NCBI RefSeq assembly: GCF_004010195.1
Contig: NC_057756.1
Span: 5,813,956 to 5,851,697 of the forward strand
DNA length: 37,742 nucleotides
From: Chiloscyllium plagiosum
Taxonomy: Eukaryota
Direction: 5' to 3'
Below are positions 1 to 12,368 of this stretch, piece after piece. The notes beneath the pieces are model-generated. The model searched no databases. It was not told where the DNA came from and saw only the letters and a list, made by a program, of their open reading frames with translations. How positions within the stretch are numbered: position 1 is the first letter of the stretch; each line of letters starts with the position of its first letter. Made by a program: the position numbers and the translations under genes.

Positions 1-360
1 ATGGAGGTGCTGGGCCTCCTTCACCGCCGCTCCCTCACCACCAGATGCCTGGAGGAAGAACGCCTCATCTTCCGCCTCGGAACACTTCAACCCCAGGGCA
101 TCAATGTGGATTTCACGAGTTTCCTCATTTCCCCTTCCCCCACCTCATCCTCGCTTCTAACCTCCAGCAACTCGATCCCTGACCTGTCCGGACTTGTCCG
201 ACCTGCCCAGCTCCTTTTCCACCTATCCACTCCACCCTCTCCTCCCTGACCTATCACCTTCATCTCCTTCCCCACTGACCTATTGTACTCTATGCTACTC
301 TCTCCCCACCCCCCCCCTCCTCTAGCTTATCTCTCCATGTTTCAGGCTCTCTGCCTTTAT

Positions 361-394
361 TCCTGATGAAGGGCTTTTGCCCGAAACATCGATT
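361..394 (+). ncRNA. Minimal PLE-type hammerhead ribozyme motif (AUC variant)
   Basis: CUGAUGA-A-GGGC(UUUU)GCCC-GAAA-CAUC. Confidence 0.6.
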
Positions 395-710
395 TCAAAG
401 CTTTTCGGATGCTGCCTGAATTGCTGTGCTCTTCCAGCACCACTGTTCCAGAATCTGGTTTCCGGCATCTGCAGTCATTGTTTTTACCTCGTTGATTTTA
501 ACCCTACTGCGAATCCTCTTGCAAGGATGCCTGCCTTGAAGAAGTTTTCCTCCTCTCTCTACAAGAATCTCAGGGAGTCTCTCTCTCATTGCAACTCCCA
601 GGTCATTTCCTCAGCCCTGAAGCTCTTACCTATTGTACTCTATGCCACTCTCTCCCCACCCCCACCCTCCTCTAGCTTATCTCTCCACGCTTCAGGCTCT
701 CTGCCTTTAT

Positions 711-744
711 TCCTGATGAAGGGCTTTTGCCCGAAACGTCGATT
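711..744 (+). ncRNA. Minimal PLE-type hammerhead ribozyme motif
   Basis: CUGAUGA-A-GGGC(UUUU)GCCC-GAAA-CGUC with palindromic ACGU; stem I short. Confidence 0.7.
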
Positions 745-858
745 TTGCCTGTCCTCGGATGCTGCCTGAATTGCTATGCTCTTCCAGCACCACTGATCCA
801 GAACCTGATCCCTCTAAACTTTTCCTATTCATGAACTTATCTAAGTGTCTTTTAAACA

Positions 859-1204
859 AAGTTTGTGAGAAGATTTGTAGCTCGGGTGCTCGTTGCTGTG
901 GTCCTGTTCGCCGAGCTGGAGGTTTTTGTTGCAAACGTTTCGTCCCCTGTCTAGGTGACATCCTCAGTGCTTGGGGGCCTCCTGTGAAGCTCTCTCTCTC
1001 TGTGTGCTTCTGTGGTGTTTCCTCTGGCATTTGTCTCATCCACAAACTCCATCAACAAACACATAGACCTGGACCCAATATACCGGCCACCACAGCGGAC
1101 AGCTGAAACTGACAACCGGAAGCGGCAAGGGACAGGCCACTATAAATGCCAGAGGAAACACCACAGAAGCGCTTCACAGGAGGCTCCCAAGCACTGAGGA
1201 TGTC
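859..1204. mobile_element. Second PLE family: terminal fragment with internal inversion, inserted in a CR1
   Basis: Inverted arms at about 957-1032 and 1144-1204; TSD tgtcttttaaaca at 846-858 and 1201-1213. Confidence 0.75.
931..970 (-). ncRNA. Minimal hammerhead ribozyme motif, second family
   Basis: Minus strand GCA-CUGAGGA-U-GUCACC(UAGACA)GGGGAC-GAAA-CGUU-UGC; GCA/UGC stem I and ACGU palindrome. Confidence 0.7.
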
Positions 1205-1760
1205 TTTTAAACATTGTAACTGCAGCCACATTCACCACTTCCTCAGGAAGTTCATTCCACAAGCAAATCACCTCTTTGTAAAAAAAATCGCCCTAATCTC
1301 TTTTTAAAATCTCTCATCTCATCTTAAAGATGTGCCCCTTGGTCTTGAAATCCCATATCCACAGGAAAAGTACCGATCATTAACCTTATCTGTACACTTG
1401 ATAATTTTGTAAACCTCTGTAAAGTCGCTTCTCAACCTCATACGCTCCAGTGAAAGAAGTCCTGGCCGATCCAGCCTTTCTTTAAAACTCAAACCTTCCA
1501 CACCCAGTAACGTCCTGGTTAATTGCTACTGAACCCTGTCCGGCTCAGCAATATCCTTCCTATAACTGGGTGACCAGTACTGGACACAGTATTCCAGAAG
1601 AGGCCTCACCCAATGTCCTGTACGACCTCAAAGTGACATCCCAACTCCTATACTAAAGGACTGAGCAATGAAGGCAAGTACGCTAAAAGCCTTTTTAACC
1701 CCCTCCCCCCCCTCTCTAAATGTGATGCAAACTTCAAAAAATTATGCTATTTTCTTATAT
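1205..1760 (-). mobile_element. CR1 LINE 3' part of ORF2; continues at 808-858
   Basis: ORF 1319-1501 MEGLSFKERLDRPGLLSLERMRLRSDFTEVYKIIK is the typical CR1 C-terminal motif. Confidence 0.85.
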
Positions 1761-2094
1761 TTATCCATGAACCATGTTACTGTGTCTGTCTGTCATTTTT
1801 TTTGCAAAAAGGGGGCTGAAAACAGTTCAGGTTTTCAGGATAGATATTAGATGACAATATTGTTTAATTTTTCTCTGCTAAAATTATTGCATATTTGATC
1901 AATTGTTAAGTCTTTTGTTTAAAATACAAAACCAGTGTCTGGAATTAATCATTTGCAAAGTCTGGAATTGATTATTCAGACGTCTGGTTAGGGGTGTTCA
2001 GCAGTTTTAATTCTCCTGGGTTGTGAATACAGAAGTAGGAAGCTTGCTATGGTTTGGCTGTTGGGACAAAGGGATAGGGATTACTTAACTTTAT

Positions 2095-3852
2095 GAGCTG
2101 AAAATGTGTTGCTGGAAAAGCGCAGCAGGTCAGGCAGTATCCAAGGAACAGGAGAATCGACGTTTCGGGCATAAGCCCTTCTTCAGGAATGAGGAAAGTG
2201 TGTCCAGCAGGCTAAGATAAAAGGTAGGGAGGAGGGACTTGGGGGACGGGCTTTGGAAATGCGAGAGGAGGAGGGAGGNNNNNNNNNNNNNNNNNNNNNN
2301 NNNNNNNNNNNNNNNNNNNNNNNNNNNNNNNNNNNNNNNNNNNNNNNNNNNNNNNNNNNNNNNNNNNNNNNNNNNNNNNNNNNNNNNNNNNNNNNNNNNN
2401 NNNNNNNNNNNNNNNNNNNNNNNNNNNNNNNNNNNNNNNNNNNNNNNNNNNNNNNNNNNNNNNNNNNNNNNNNNNNNNNNNNNNNNNNNNNNNNNNNNNN
2501 NNNNNNNNNNNNNNNNNNNNNNNNNNNNNNNNNNNNNNNNNNNNNNNNNNNNNNNNNNNNNNNNNNNNNNNNNNNNNNNNNNNNNNNNNNNNNNNNNNNN
2601 NNNNNNNNNNNNNNNNNNNNNNNNNNNNNNNNNNNNNNNNNNNNNNNNNNNNNNNNNNNNNNNNNNNNNNNNNNNNNNNNNNNNNNNNNNNNNNNNNNNN
2701 NNNNNNNNNNNNNNNNNNNNNNNNNNNNNNNNNNNNNNNNNNNNNNNNNNNNNNNNNNNNNNNNNNNNNNNNNNNNNNNNNNNNNNNNNNNNNNNNNNNN
2801 NNNNNNNNNNNNNNNNNNNNNNNNNNNNNNNNNNNNNNNNNNNNNNNNNNNNNNNNNNNNNNNNNNNNNNNNNNNNNNNNNNNNNNNNNNNNNNNNNNNN
2901 NNNNNNNNNNNNNNNNNNNNNNNNNNNNNNNNNNNNNNNNNNNNNNNNNNNNNNNNNNNNNNNNNNNNNNNNNNNNNNNNNNNNNNNNNNNNNNNNNNNN
3001 NNNNNNNNNNNNNNNNNNNNNNNNNNNNNNNNNNNNNNNNNNNNNNNNNNNNNNNNNNNNNNNNNNNNNNNNNNNNNNNNNNNNNNNNNNNNNNNNNNNN
3101 NNNNNNNNNNNNNNNNNNNNNNNNNNNNNNNNNNNNNNNNNNNNNNNNNNNNNNNNNNNNNNNNNNNNNNNNNNNNNNNNNNNNNNNNNNTCCACATATC
3201 TTACGAAGAGGCAGGCATAGCTGGGGCCCATGCGGGTGCTCATGGCTACTCCTTTCGTTTGGAGGGAGTGGGAGGATTGGAAAGAGAAGTTGTTCAGGGT
3301 GAGGACCAGTTCAGTCAGTCGAAGGAGGGTGTCAGTGGAAGGGTACTGGTCGGTACAGCAGGAAAGGAAGAAGCGGAGGGCTTTGAGTCCTTCGTGATGG
3401 GGGATGGAGGTGTACAGGGACTGGATGTCCATGGTGAAGGTAAGGCGTTGGGGACCGGGGAAGCGAAAATCATGGAGGAGGGGGAGCGCGTGGGTGGTGT
3501 CCCGAACGTAGGTGGGAGTTCTTGGACTAAGGGGGACAGGACCGTGTCGAGGTAACTCAGCACCGCCTTCCTAACCTGCAATCTTCTTCCTGACCTCTGC
3601 ACCCCTACCCCACTCCGGCCTATCACCCTCACCTTGACCTCCCTCCACCTATCGTATTACCAACGCCCTCCCCCAAGTCCCTCCTCCCTACCCTATCTTA
3701 GCCTGCTAGACACACTTTCCTCATTCCTGAAGAAGGGCTCATGCCCGAAACGTCGATTCTCCTGTTCCTTGGATGCTGCCTGACCTGCTGCGCTTTTCCA
3801 GCAACACATTTTCAGCTCTGATCTCCAGCATCTGCAGCCCTCACTTTCTCTC
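2095..3852 (-). mobile_element. Penelope-like element with RT fragment (3191-3553) and an inverted terminal copy (3554-3852); spans a gap
   Basis: MDIQSLYTSIPH...LVLTLNNFSF...QTKGVAMSTRMGPSYACLFV are PLE RT motifs; hammerhead cores at 2156-2190 (-) and 3722-3758 (+); TSD tacttaactttatgagc at 2082-2098 and 3853-3869. Confidence 0.88.
2279..3190. other. Assembly gap (others at 15547-16046, 19927-20236 and 35430-35477)
   Basis: Runs of N. Confidence 1.
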
Positions 3853-3869
3853 TACTTAACTTTATGAGC

Positions 3870-4615
3870 CAAGGCGTGGAAGTGATGCTGGAATTTTAAA
3901 AATAAAAATGGCTAAGGCAGAGCTGTAGGCAGTCCTCGTATTCATAACATAGGAGAGGTTCGATTGCAATGGGGGAAATCTACCAGGATGGTGCCTGGCT
4001 GGAAAATGTTTGTTATGAATAGTGATTTGACAGGATGGAGTTGTTTTCCTTTGAGAACAGGTTGAGGGGCATGTGATTATAAAGGGGCACAGACAGGAAG
4101 AAACCATTGCCCTTGGTGGAGGGATTAATGACCAGGAATGTAAGGTAAGGGACAGGGGGTTTCCAGGGAAGGTGGGGAAATCCTTTTCATCCAGAGTGTG
4201 CTGGGGAATCTGGAACTCGCTGCTTGTAAGGGTGGGAGAGGCAGAAACCCTCAAAACATTGAAGAGGTATTTCGATGCACACTTGCCCATACCACAGCAA
4301 TGGGCTAAGTGCTGGAAAATAGGGTGAGAATAGTTCATAGAACATAGGACAGTACGGCACAGCACAGGCCCTCAATGTTGTGCTGGCCTTTTATCCTACT
4401 CTAAGATCAGACTAACACACATACCCTTCATTGTACTATCTTCCATGTGTCTATCCAAGAGTCATTTAAATGTCCCTAATGTATCTGGCCCTACTACCGC
4501 AGCTGGCAGGGTATTTCACGCCCTCACCACTCTCTGTGTAAAGAACCAACCTCTGACATCTCCCCTAAACCTTCCTCCAATCACAATGAAATTATGCTCC
4601 CTTGTGACAGCCATT
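3870..4615. mobile_element. Two CR1 3' fragments tail to tail (about 3870-4330 +, 4331-4615 -)
   Basis: FSSRVCWGIWNSL motif; catagaacatag tail. Confidence 0.65.
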
Positions 4616-5229
4616 TGAGTGGGAGCAGCGGCCGAGTTGAGGTGAACCCGGGAGACTACAGCTAAGGTAAGAGTTTTTTTCAAAATTACTTACCTGTAGC
4701 GGGCATCGGTGTTTAGTTCTCTCTCTCCTTCACAGAAAGAGCGGGAGCAGCAGAGGAAGTGACGGCAAGCAGAGGGGCAGCCGGGAAGGAGAACTGTGAG
4801 TATAAATACTCAGTTAGTTTTTTCCCCCTTTAAAAGCGTGAAGGAGAGGAACCCGAGGCACTACACGGGTAGTGCCTCCCACCCGCCCTCCTCCTCTAAC
4901 CTAATAATAACATCTGTTGTGGCAAGCAGGTAAGTGCTGAATTTTGCTTGTATTATTTAGACCCAGTTTTTGTTTAAACAGTTAGCTTTAGAGGGATGGC
5001 AGTGAAGGCAGTGCAATGTTCCTCCTGCAACATGTATGAGGTGAGGGATGCCATCGACGTCCCTGCCGATTACACTTGCAGGAAGTGCACCCATCTCCAG
5101 CTCCTCCAAGACCGTGTTAGGGAACTGGAGCTGGAGTTGGATGAACTTCGGATCATTCGGGAGGCAGAGGGGGTCATAGATCAGAGTTACAGGGAAGTAG
5201 TAACTCCAAAGATGGCAGAGAGATGGGTC
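4616..5229 (+). mobile_element. CR1 5'UTR and ORF1 N-terminus (zinc finger plus coiled coil), 3'-truncated
   Basis: MAVKAVQCSSCNMYEV...YTCRKCTHLQLLQDRVRELELELDELRIIREAE; a homologous degenerate copy at about 9790-9950 precedes a CR1 ORF2. Confidence 0.8.
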
Positions 5230-6554
5230 TAAGGCTTCATTATGAGTTTTAGGACAGCATTCTGACCCATATGACTATCTAAAAGAATGTAAATGATAAC
5301 TAACTGGGTTTCCAGCTCCTAATCACCTTCACTGGATGGGGAAGCTGTCACTCTTCCTGTACACCAGTGATGGCATTTTCACGTCCATCTAAAATTCCAG
5401 TCAGCACATCCTTTCCTGGGGACATTCCATTCATTGTTGGGCCTTGGTATGAATCTGGCAAATCTGTGATGATAAGTAATTGCCTTTTTCTCATTGCCCC
5501 CATTCCAGGTCTCTCAGGTAGAAGCAGGGTTTTGCCTCCAGCAGGGTATTTTACCTGACTCAGAAAGGCTCATGGTCACCTTTTGTAACATAAGAAACAA
5601 TGCTGCGAAAATCTCCTTTCGTTCAAGTTTTCTGAGGTAGCTCAGGAAGGTCCAGAGATGGAGAAGGTGGGTGGTGGGTCCAGAGTGGGTAAAGGAAGTG
5701 CGCGGTGGGTCCGGAGTAGAGTGATTTGGGGAGCAGAGTTAGATCAGGTCTGGAGCGGGGCAAGAGAGAGTAGCAGGTCTGGAATGAGGAAAGGAGGAGG
5801 AGGGGAATGGTTCCAGAGAAGGACAGCTGTGTCAGGTCCCAGGAAGAGAGAGTGATATGTTAGGTTGGTTTCTTAATCAGGAGTTAGACTATATATTTAA
5901 TAGTATAACTTTTCCTGAGTAATTATGTACTTGTTTCCATCAAAACCCTTTATATTAGATTGTCATTTTCAGCTGGCTCCAAATGTAGAGGAATTATTCA
6001 GCAGAATCCATGTGTGGGTTAGGTGCATTGGTCCTGGTAAATGTAGAGTAATTGGGTAGGGTGGGTTACTCTTCAGAGGGTCTGTGTTGACCTGTGGAGC
6101 CGAAGGACCTGCTTCCCCACTGTAGGGCTGTATGATTCTGTGATCTTGCATTTCCACGGCAATTCCTTCAGACTCTATTACAAAGGGGGATTCTGCAGGT
6201 TCCCCATTTGTAACTACCATTTACATTGGAAGAACATCTGCCTGGTCAGTGGAAAAGCTGGGTTATTATATTTCTCAGGCACGTGAGTATCTGCGGCTAG
6301 CATTAAGCTATTAGATTACAACAGGAAAGCATAAATCACTTTGTGATCTGGGTTAGAATCTGAGATCTTTGTACCAAAAGGTCAAATGGTATAACATAGT
6401 AAATATGTGGTAAGCATATCTTTTAAAGATATACTGACACATTGGTCATGAAATATAACACAACAGAAAGCAGAATACCATTCAGAGCTCTTGGGAATAA
6501 TCATGGTGTGAGCACACATATGAACATACAAATGTGGAGCACATTTCCTCCATT

Positions 6555-6900
6555 ATCCAATAGACTCATGAGGAATTGTGAAGGGAAAATAAGGGTCTAA
6601 AAGGAAATGACAATGGTGTTAATTTTTGAAAATTCCCTCAGTTCAGGGAGGGTTCCTGTAGTTTGGAAAATAATGAATTTAACTCCTTTACTCAAAAATG
6701 CAGGGAGAGAGAAAGCAGGATAGACAGACCACTTGGCTTAACATCTGTCATAGGGAAAATATTAGAAGCTACTATTACAGGTATTATAGTACCGCACATG
6801 AAAAAAAAAGGTAATTAGGCAGAATGAACATGGTTTATGAAAGGGAAATCGTGTTTAACTAATTTATTTAAGTTTTCTGAGAAAGTGACAAGTTTACAGG
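6555..6900 (+). mobile_element. Old CR1 RT fragment
   Basis: Degenerate VPxDWK...RPVSLTSVxGKILE...QHGFMKGKSCLTNL coding sequence. Confidence 0.65.
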
Positions 6901-8054
6901 ATAAAATCCATCAGGACTTGGGGACTTGTCAGTACAGTTCAAACAATTTGCTCAGGGCCACTCGATTTGGTTTGATTTATTTATTATCACGTGTGCCTTG
7001 TTACAAAATACAATGAAAAGTGTTCTATAGTGTTGCCACTGTCCAGTGCCATCTGAAAATCTGGAGTCATATGGGGTCAAACTTACAGACAGGTAGTCTC
7101 TTAGGTCGGTTAAGTACAGTGATGGGAATATGAACTGTTGAGGGTATATGAGGTTCAGGAATGGCATTGGGCATGACTAGTCAAAATCATTCATTTCACA
7201 ATTTCATTCGCATGGGGCATGAAATGCCAAGTAGAGGGTCCAGCATATCTCAGCATAATAAATTCAGAGGGGACAGCAGTGTCTGAAGCAAAGGCCTATG
7301 GTAATGCCTTAGGAATAGCTCCTACAAATGTCCCCTCAGTTCAAAGGATGCCAGATTTGGCCTGGAGAGATTTCACTGGAGACTGTAAATTTTCCTGGGT
7401 TTCTCCCTTCCTCCCATTTCCTGAATTAAAACAATTCTTGGGATGCTATTTGTATCCTTGTCATGAAAAATATCTGTTCAATTCATCTGCCATCTCTTTA
7501 TTTTCCATCAGTCATTTGTCAGTCAGTGCATCCAAGTTGATAAACCCTGAAGGATTTACATTTTTCAATGTTAAGAATCTCATTTTTAAAATGTTTCCCT
7601 GTATTCTTTGAACTCTCTCACCATTGCCCATATCATTTAGCTGCTGAGAAAATTCTGGTGCTGTGTATGCACAGTTCTATACAAACGTTTGGACGTTGCC
7701 ATCTGACATACCTCATTCCTCCAAAACTGAGGTACTTTGTGGTGCAGAATTAATCTGGCTTCTCTTGTAGCTCCCAGTTGATCCTTTTCCCTTTTTTAGT
7801 CCCTCATGCCAGCCATGCTAAGCTATGCACCTCACCAACCTGTAATGACACACCCATGCCAGCTTTTAGCGATTCCATGTCCATTAACCAAGAATACACT
7901 TGCAAACACCCACTAACCACCTCATGAATGAAAGCTAGGCTGCCATTTTATTTTAATGCTGATTTTGCCTATGGTTGCCACAGAAACCAAACAGATTTTC
8001 TGCCGGGGACCTTCTCCAAACTAGCCCTGCGTGAAACTGTACCACTCAAAATAA

Positions 8055-8268
8055 AAGCAAAATAATGCAGATTCTGGAAATCTGAAACCAATGCAGACAA
8101 TGCTGAGAAACTCTGGTAGCATCTGTGGAGAGAGAAACAGAATTAATCTTTCAAATCCAGTGTGATTCTTCTTCAGAACTGAGACTTGAAACATTAACTC
8201 TGTTTCTATCTCCCCAGACTCTGTCAGACCTGCCAAGTTTCTCCAGCTTTCTCAGTGTTTGGTTTAAA
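8055..8268. mobile_element. Old fold-back PLE terminal remnant
   Basis: Imperfect inverted arms (ggagagagaaacagaattaat / attaactctgtttctatctcc) around a decayed cttcttcag...gaaac core. Confidence 0.5.
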
Positions 8269-8867
8269 CTTTACCAGTTGACATATGATTCCATAGATTC
8301 ATATAGTCATTGAAATTTCATTTCATCTGATTAGCTTTTCTTACAACCAATGTTCTCTTTGTGACAAATTAGCCAGCTGGAAAAGAAGCTCATTTTCATT
8401 TATAGTCGATTACCATCCCAAAGATTAAGATTACTGGAATAGAATTCAGACAGTAACATAATTCAGACATTACATAACCAATTATGACAAAAGACTGTAA
8501 TGCATAGTTATAAACAGTAATTACATTCAGCTCTGTCCCTTTTTATTATAATTAATGAAAGCAATAAGTTAAAAATAAAGTTGAAACCTATAATTACTAA
8601 ACATTTAGACACAGCACATACCAAGAAAGTTGTGAGCTTGATGTCATATTTTCATTCTTTTCTATGGGAATAACTCCAACCACTCCAATAGATGTAGAAT
8701 TAACACTCTTCCAGAAAAAAACGTCAATCATAAAAATTTGATAGCTTTATAAAACTAAGTTTATTTGGCCCATTTGTATTAATTTTGTGTTATTTTTTGT
8801 GACTGCATATTCAACAGAAATTGCACTATTGCATGCCTCACCAAAGGTATTAAACAATCACATGATA

Positions 8868-9118
8868 TTCAGGGGGGGTAGATATAGGACTGATGTTAGG
8901 GGTAGGTTCTTCACTCAGCGAGTCGTTAGTTCATGGAATGCCCTGCCAGTAACAGTGGTGGACTCTCCCTCTTTATGGGCATTTAAGAGGGCATTGGATA
9001 GGTATATGGAGGATAGTGGGTTAGTGTAGTTTAGGTGGGCTTGGATCGGCGCAACATCGAGGGCCCAAGGGCCTGTACTGCGCTGTATTCTTCTATGTTC
9101 TATGTTCTATGTTCTATG
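8868..9118 (+). mobile_element. CR1 3' end with (ttctatg)n tail
   Basis: RFFTQRVVSSWNALP motif, 3'UTR and tandem tail at about 9088-9118. Confidence 0.88.
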
Positions 9119-9545
9119 AAACAGTCTCTGGCTACCCACTCTATCCAAGCCTCTGATCATCTTGTACACCTCTATCAAGTCACCTCTTATCCTTCTTCTT
9201 TCTAATGAGAAACCCCCAAGTTCTTTCAACCTTTCTTCATCAGACATGCCCTCCAGTCCAGGCAGCATCCTGAGAAATCTCCTCTGCACCCTCTCTAAAG
9301 CTTCCACATCCTTCCTACAATGAGGTGACCAGAACTGAACACAATATTCCAAGTGTGGTCTAACCAGGGCTCTGTAGAGCTGCAACATAACCTGATGGTT
9401 CTTAAACTCAGTTCCCCTGCTAATGAAAGCCAACACACCATATGCCTTCTTAACAATCCTCTCACCTTGGGTGGCAACTTTGAGGGATCTATGGATGTGG
9501 ATCCCAAGATCCCTCTGTTCCTCCACACTGCCGAGAATTCACCGT
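9119..9545 (-). mobile_element. CR1 ORF2 C-terminal fragment
   Basis: LYRALVRPHLEYCVQFWSPH...LERVQRR...RGDLIEVYK. Confidence 0.92.
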
Positions 9546-9679
9546 TTGTATTTGACTGGCACGCATGCAAAGGGCCTTTCTCAACGTGGCAGATCTTTAC
9601 ATCTTTAGTATCATTATTCTCGAGTTGTATTTATGGATTTCAAGAGCTCCTCACTAGAAGCAATGTATGAAGTGGGAGA

Positions 9680-12368
9680 GAAAGTGTAAAGCAACAGTGT
9701 GGGAGTCAAAGGCAGGAAGACAGGACAAATGCAAAGGTAAGGGTTTTTTTTCCTAATTTGTTCAATCTCCTCTCGGCAATTTAGAGCAGAGGGCAGTTGT
9801 ATTCTCTTCTTGCAGAATGTGGAAGGTAAGGGGCATTCACTGGTGTCCCTGCTGACTTCACCTGCGGGAAGTGCACCGAACCCCAGCTCCTCACAGACCG
9901 CATTAGGGAACTGGATGAACTTCGGATCATTCGGGAGGCTGAGGGGAGGCCATCGTACTTAATTTACAGGATAAAGGTAGCTGGGTGACCATCGGGAGAG
10001 GGAGATGGAATAGGCAGACAGCGCAGGGATCCCCTGTAGCCGTCCCCTCAACAATAAGTGGACTGTTTTGGATACTGATGAGGGGGAAGACCTACCAGGG
10101 GCTGCCAGCTCTCTGACACTGACCCTGGCTCTGTGGCTCAGAAGGAAAGAGGGCAGAATAGGGGAGCGATAATGACAGGAGATTCACTGGTGAGGGGGAT
10201 GACAGGAGAGTCGCGAATGAGATTCCTGGGAGGGTTTAAACGGGTTTGGTAAGGGGGTACGAACCGGAGGATGGTTAAGAGGATGGTGTAGCTGGTGAAC
10301 AGAGTGTGCAGAGAGTCTGTGAGGAAGGATAGACAATTGACAGGGCAAAGTTGCAGTCAGTGTGATGGGCTGAAGTGTGTCTATTTTAATGCAAGAAGTG
10401 TCAGGAATAAGGATGCTGAACTTAGAGCATGGATCAGTCCTTGATGTTGTGGCCATTACAGCGGTTTAGCTATCACAGGGGCAGGAATGATTATTGGATA
10501 TTACAGGGTTTAGATGATTCAAAAGATATAAGGGAGAGAGGGAAAAGAGGTGGGGGAGTGGCCTTACTCATCAGGGATAGTATCACAGCTGCAGGAAGGG
10601 AGGTCGGCGAGGAGAGTTTGTCTACAGAGTCAGTCTGGTTGGAAGTCAGAAACAGGAAAGGAGCAGTCACTTTATTGGGAGTTTTCTACAGGCCCCCCCC
10701 CCCCCCCAATAGCAACAGAGACACGGAGGAGCAGATTGGAAGGGGAATTTTGGAAAGGTGTACAAGGTTGTTGTCATGGGTGACTTCAACTTCACAAATA
10801 TTGATTGGAACCTCCTTAGCTCAAACAGTTTGGATGGAGCAGGTGTGTCCAGGAAGGATTCCTGGCTCGATCAGCTGACTAGAAGGGGAGGCCATTTTGG
10901 ATTTGGTGCTTGGCAATGAACCCGGCCACATGGAGTGTGATAGGAGCAGACAGTATGGGAAAGTATTTAATTGGAGGAGGATGTTTTAGATTAGATTAGA
11001 TTAGATTACAGGGTGGAAACAGGCCCTTCAGCCCAACAAGTCCACACTGACCCGCCGAAGCACAACCCACCCATACCCCTACATTTACCCTTTTACCTAA
11101 CACTACGGGCAATTTAGCGTGGCCAATTCACCTGACCTGCACATCTTTGGATTGTGGGAGGAAACCGGAGCACCCGGAGGAAACCCACGCAGACACGGGG
11201 AGAATGTGCAAACTCCACACAGTCAGTTGCCTGAGGCGGGAATTGAACCCGGGTCTCTGGCACTGTGAGGCAGCAGTGCTAACCACTGTGCCACCGTGCC
11301 GCCCACTGTGCCACCATGCCGCCATTAGGCAGAAACTGGGGCGCCTAAATTGGGAACAGATGTTCTCAAAGAAATGCGCAACAGAAATGTGAAGGTTGTT
11401 TGGGGAGCACTTACTGACAGTGCTGAATAGGTTTGTCCCACTGAGGCAGGGAAGGGATGGTCGGGTGAAGGGACCTTGGATGACAAGGGATGTGGAACAT
11501 CTAGTCAAGAGGAAGAAGGGAACTTACATTAGATTGAGGGAAGGATCAGAGGGGGCTCTAGAGGGTTACAAGGTGGCCAAGAAGGAACTGAAGAATGGAT
11601 TTAGGAAAGCTGGAAGGGTAGGATTAAGGAAAACCCCAAGGTGTTCTACACTAAGGGGAGAACAAGAGGATGGCCAGAGTAAGGGTAGGGCTGATCAGGG
11701 ATAGTGGAGGGAACTTGTGCCTGGAGTGGGAGGAGGAAGGGGAGGTCCATAATGAACTCTTTGTTTCAGTATTCACTAGTGAGAGGGACCTTGACATTTG
11801 TGAGGACAGTGTGAAACAGGCTGATACTCTCGAACAGGTTAATGTTAAGAAGGGAGACGTGCTGAAAATTTTGAAAAATGTAAGAATAGATAAGTCCCCT
11901 GGGCCAGACAGGATATAGCCAAGGATGTTACAGAAAGTGAGGGAAGAGATTGCTGTGCCTTTCGCAATGATCTTTGCGTCCTCACTGTCCACCGGAGTAG
12001 TGCCAGATAATTGGAGGATGGCAAAAGTTATTCATGGTTCAAGAAAGGGAATAGGGATAATCCTGGGAATTACAGACCAGTCAGTCTTACATCTGTGCTG
12101 GGCAAATTATTGGAGAGGATTCTGAGAGACAGGATTTACAATTACTTGGAAAACCATAGTTTGATTAGAGATAGTCAGCATGGCTTTATGAGGGGCAGGA
12201 CATGTTCACAAACTTTATTGAATTCTTTGAGAATGTGAGGAAACACATTGATGAAGGTAGAGCAGTGGATGTATTTTGTATACATGGATTTTGATATGGT
12301 TCCCCATAGCAGCTTTGTTCAGAAAGTAAGGAGGTTTGGGATACAGGGAAATAAGTCTATCTGGATAC
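9680..12368 (+). mobile_element. Decayed CR1 LINE (ORF1, APE endonuclease, start of RT), interrupted by a V-SINE and ending at a Gypsy LTR
   Basis: GKRGGGVALLIR...GVFYRPP (endonuclease); KSPGPD; NYRPVSLTSVLGKLLE; QHGF; many frameshifts. Confidence 0.9.
10986..11305 (-). mobile_element. tRNA-derived V-SINE (HE1-like)
   Basis: On minus: tRNA head ggcacggtggcacagtggttagc...ggttcaattcc, V-domain gtggagtttgcac...gggtttcctccgggtgctccggtttcctcccac, (aatct)n tail. Confidence 0.9.

Larger units (their letters stand above)
1..807 (+). mobile_element. Penelope-like element 3' region: end of GIY-YIG ORF, terminal repeat (pLTR), probable ORF-start extension, second terminal repeat copy
   Basis: EEERLIFRLGTLQPQGINVDF is the same C-terminus that follows the GIY-YIG domain at 26216-26340; about 278-455 is repeated at about 628-805. 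Confidence 0.8.

Noticed and set aside
2130..3555. Long ORFs of 350-440 aa (similar cases at 15002-16182, 19739-20476 and 35062-35712)
   Set aside because: Artefacts of reading through N gaps.
5655..5855. Purine-rich ORF/tract
   Set aside because: No recognisable domain, splice structure or clean periodicity.
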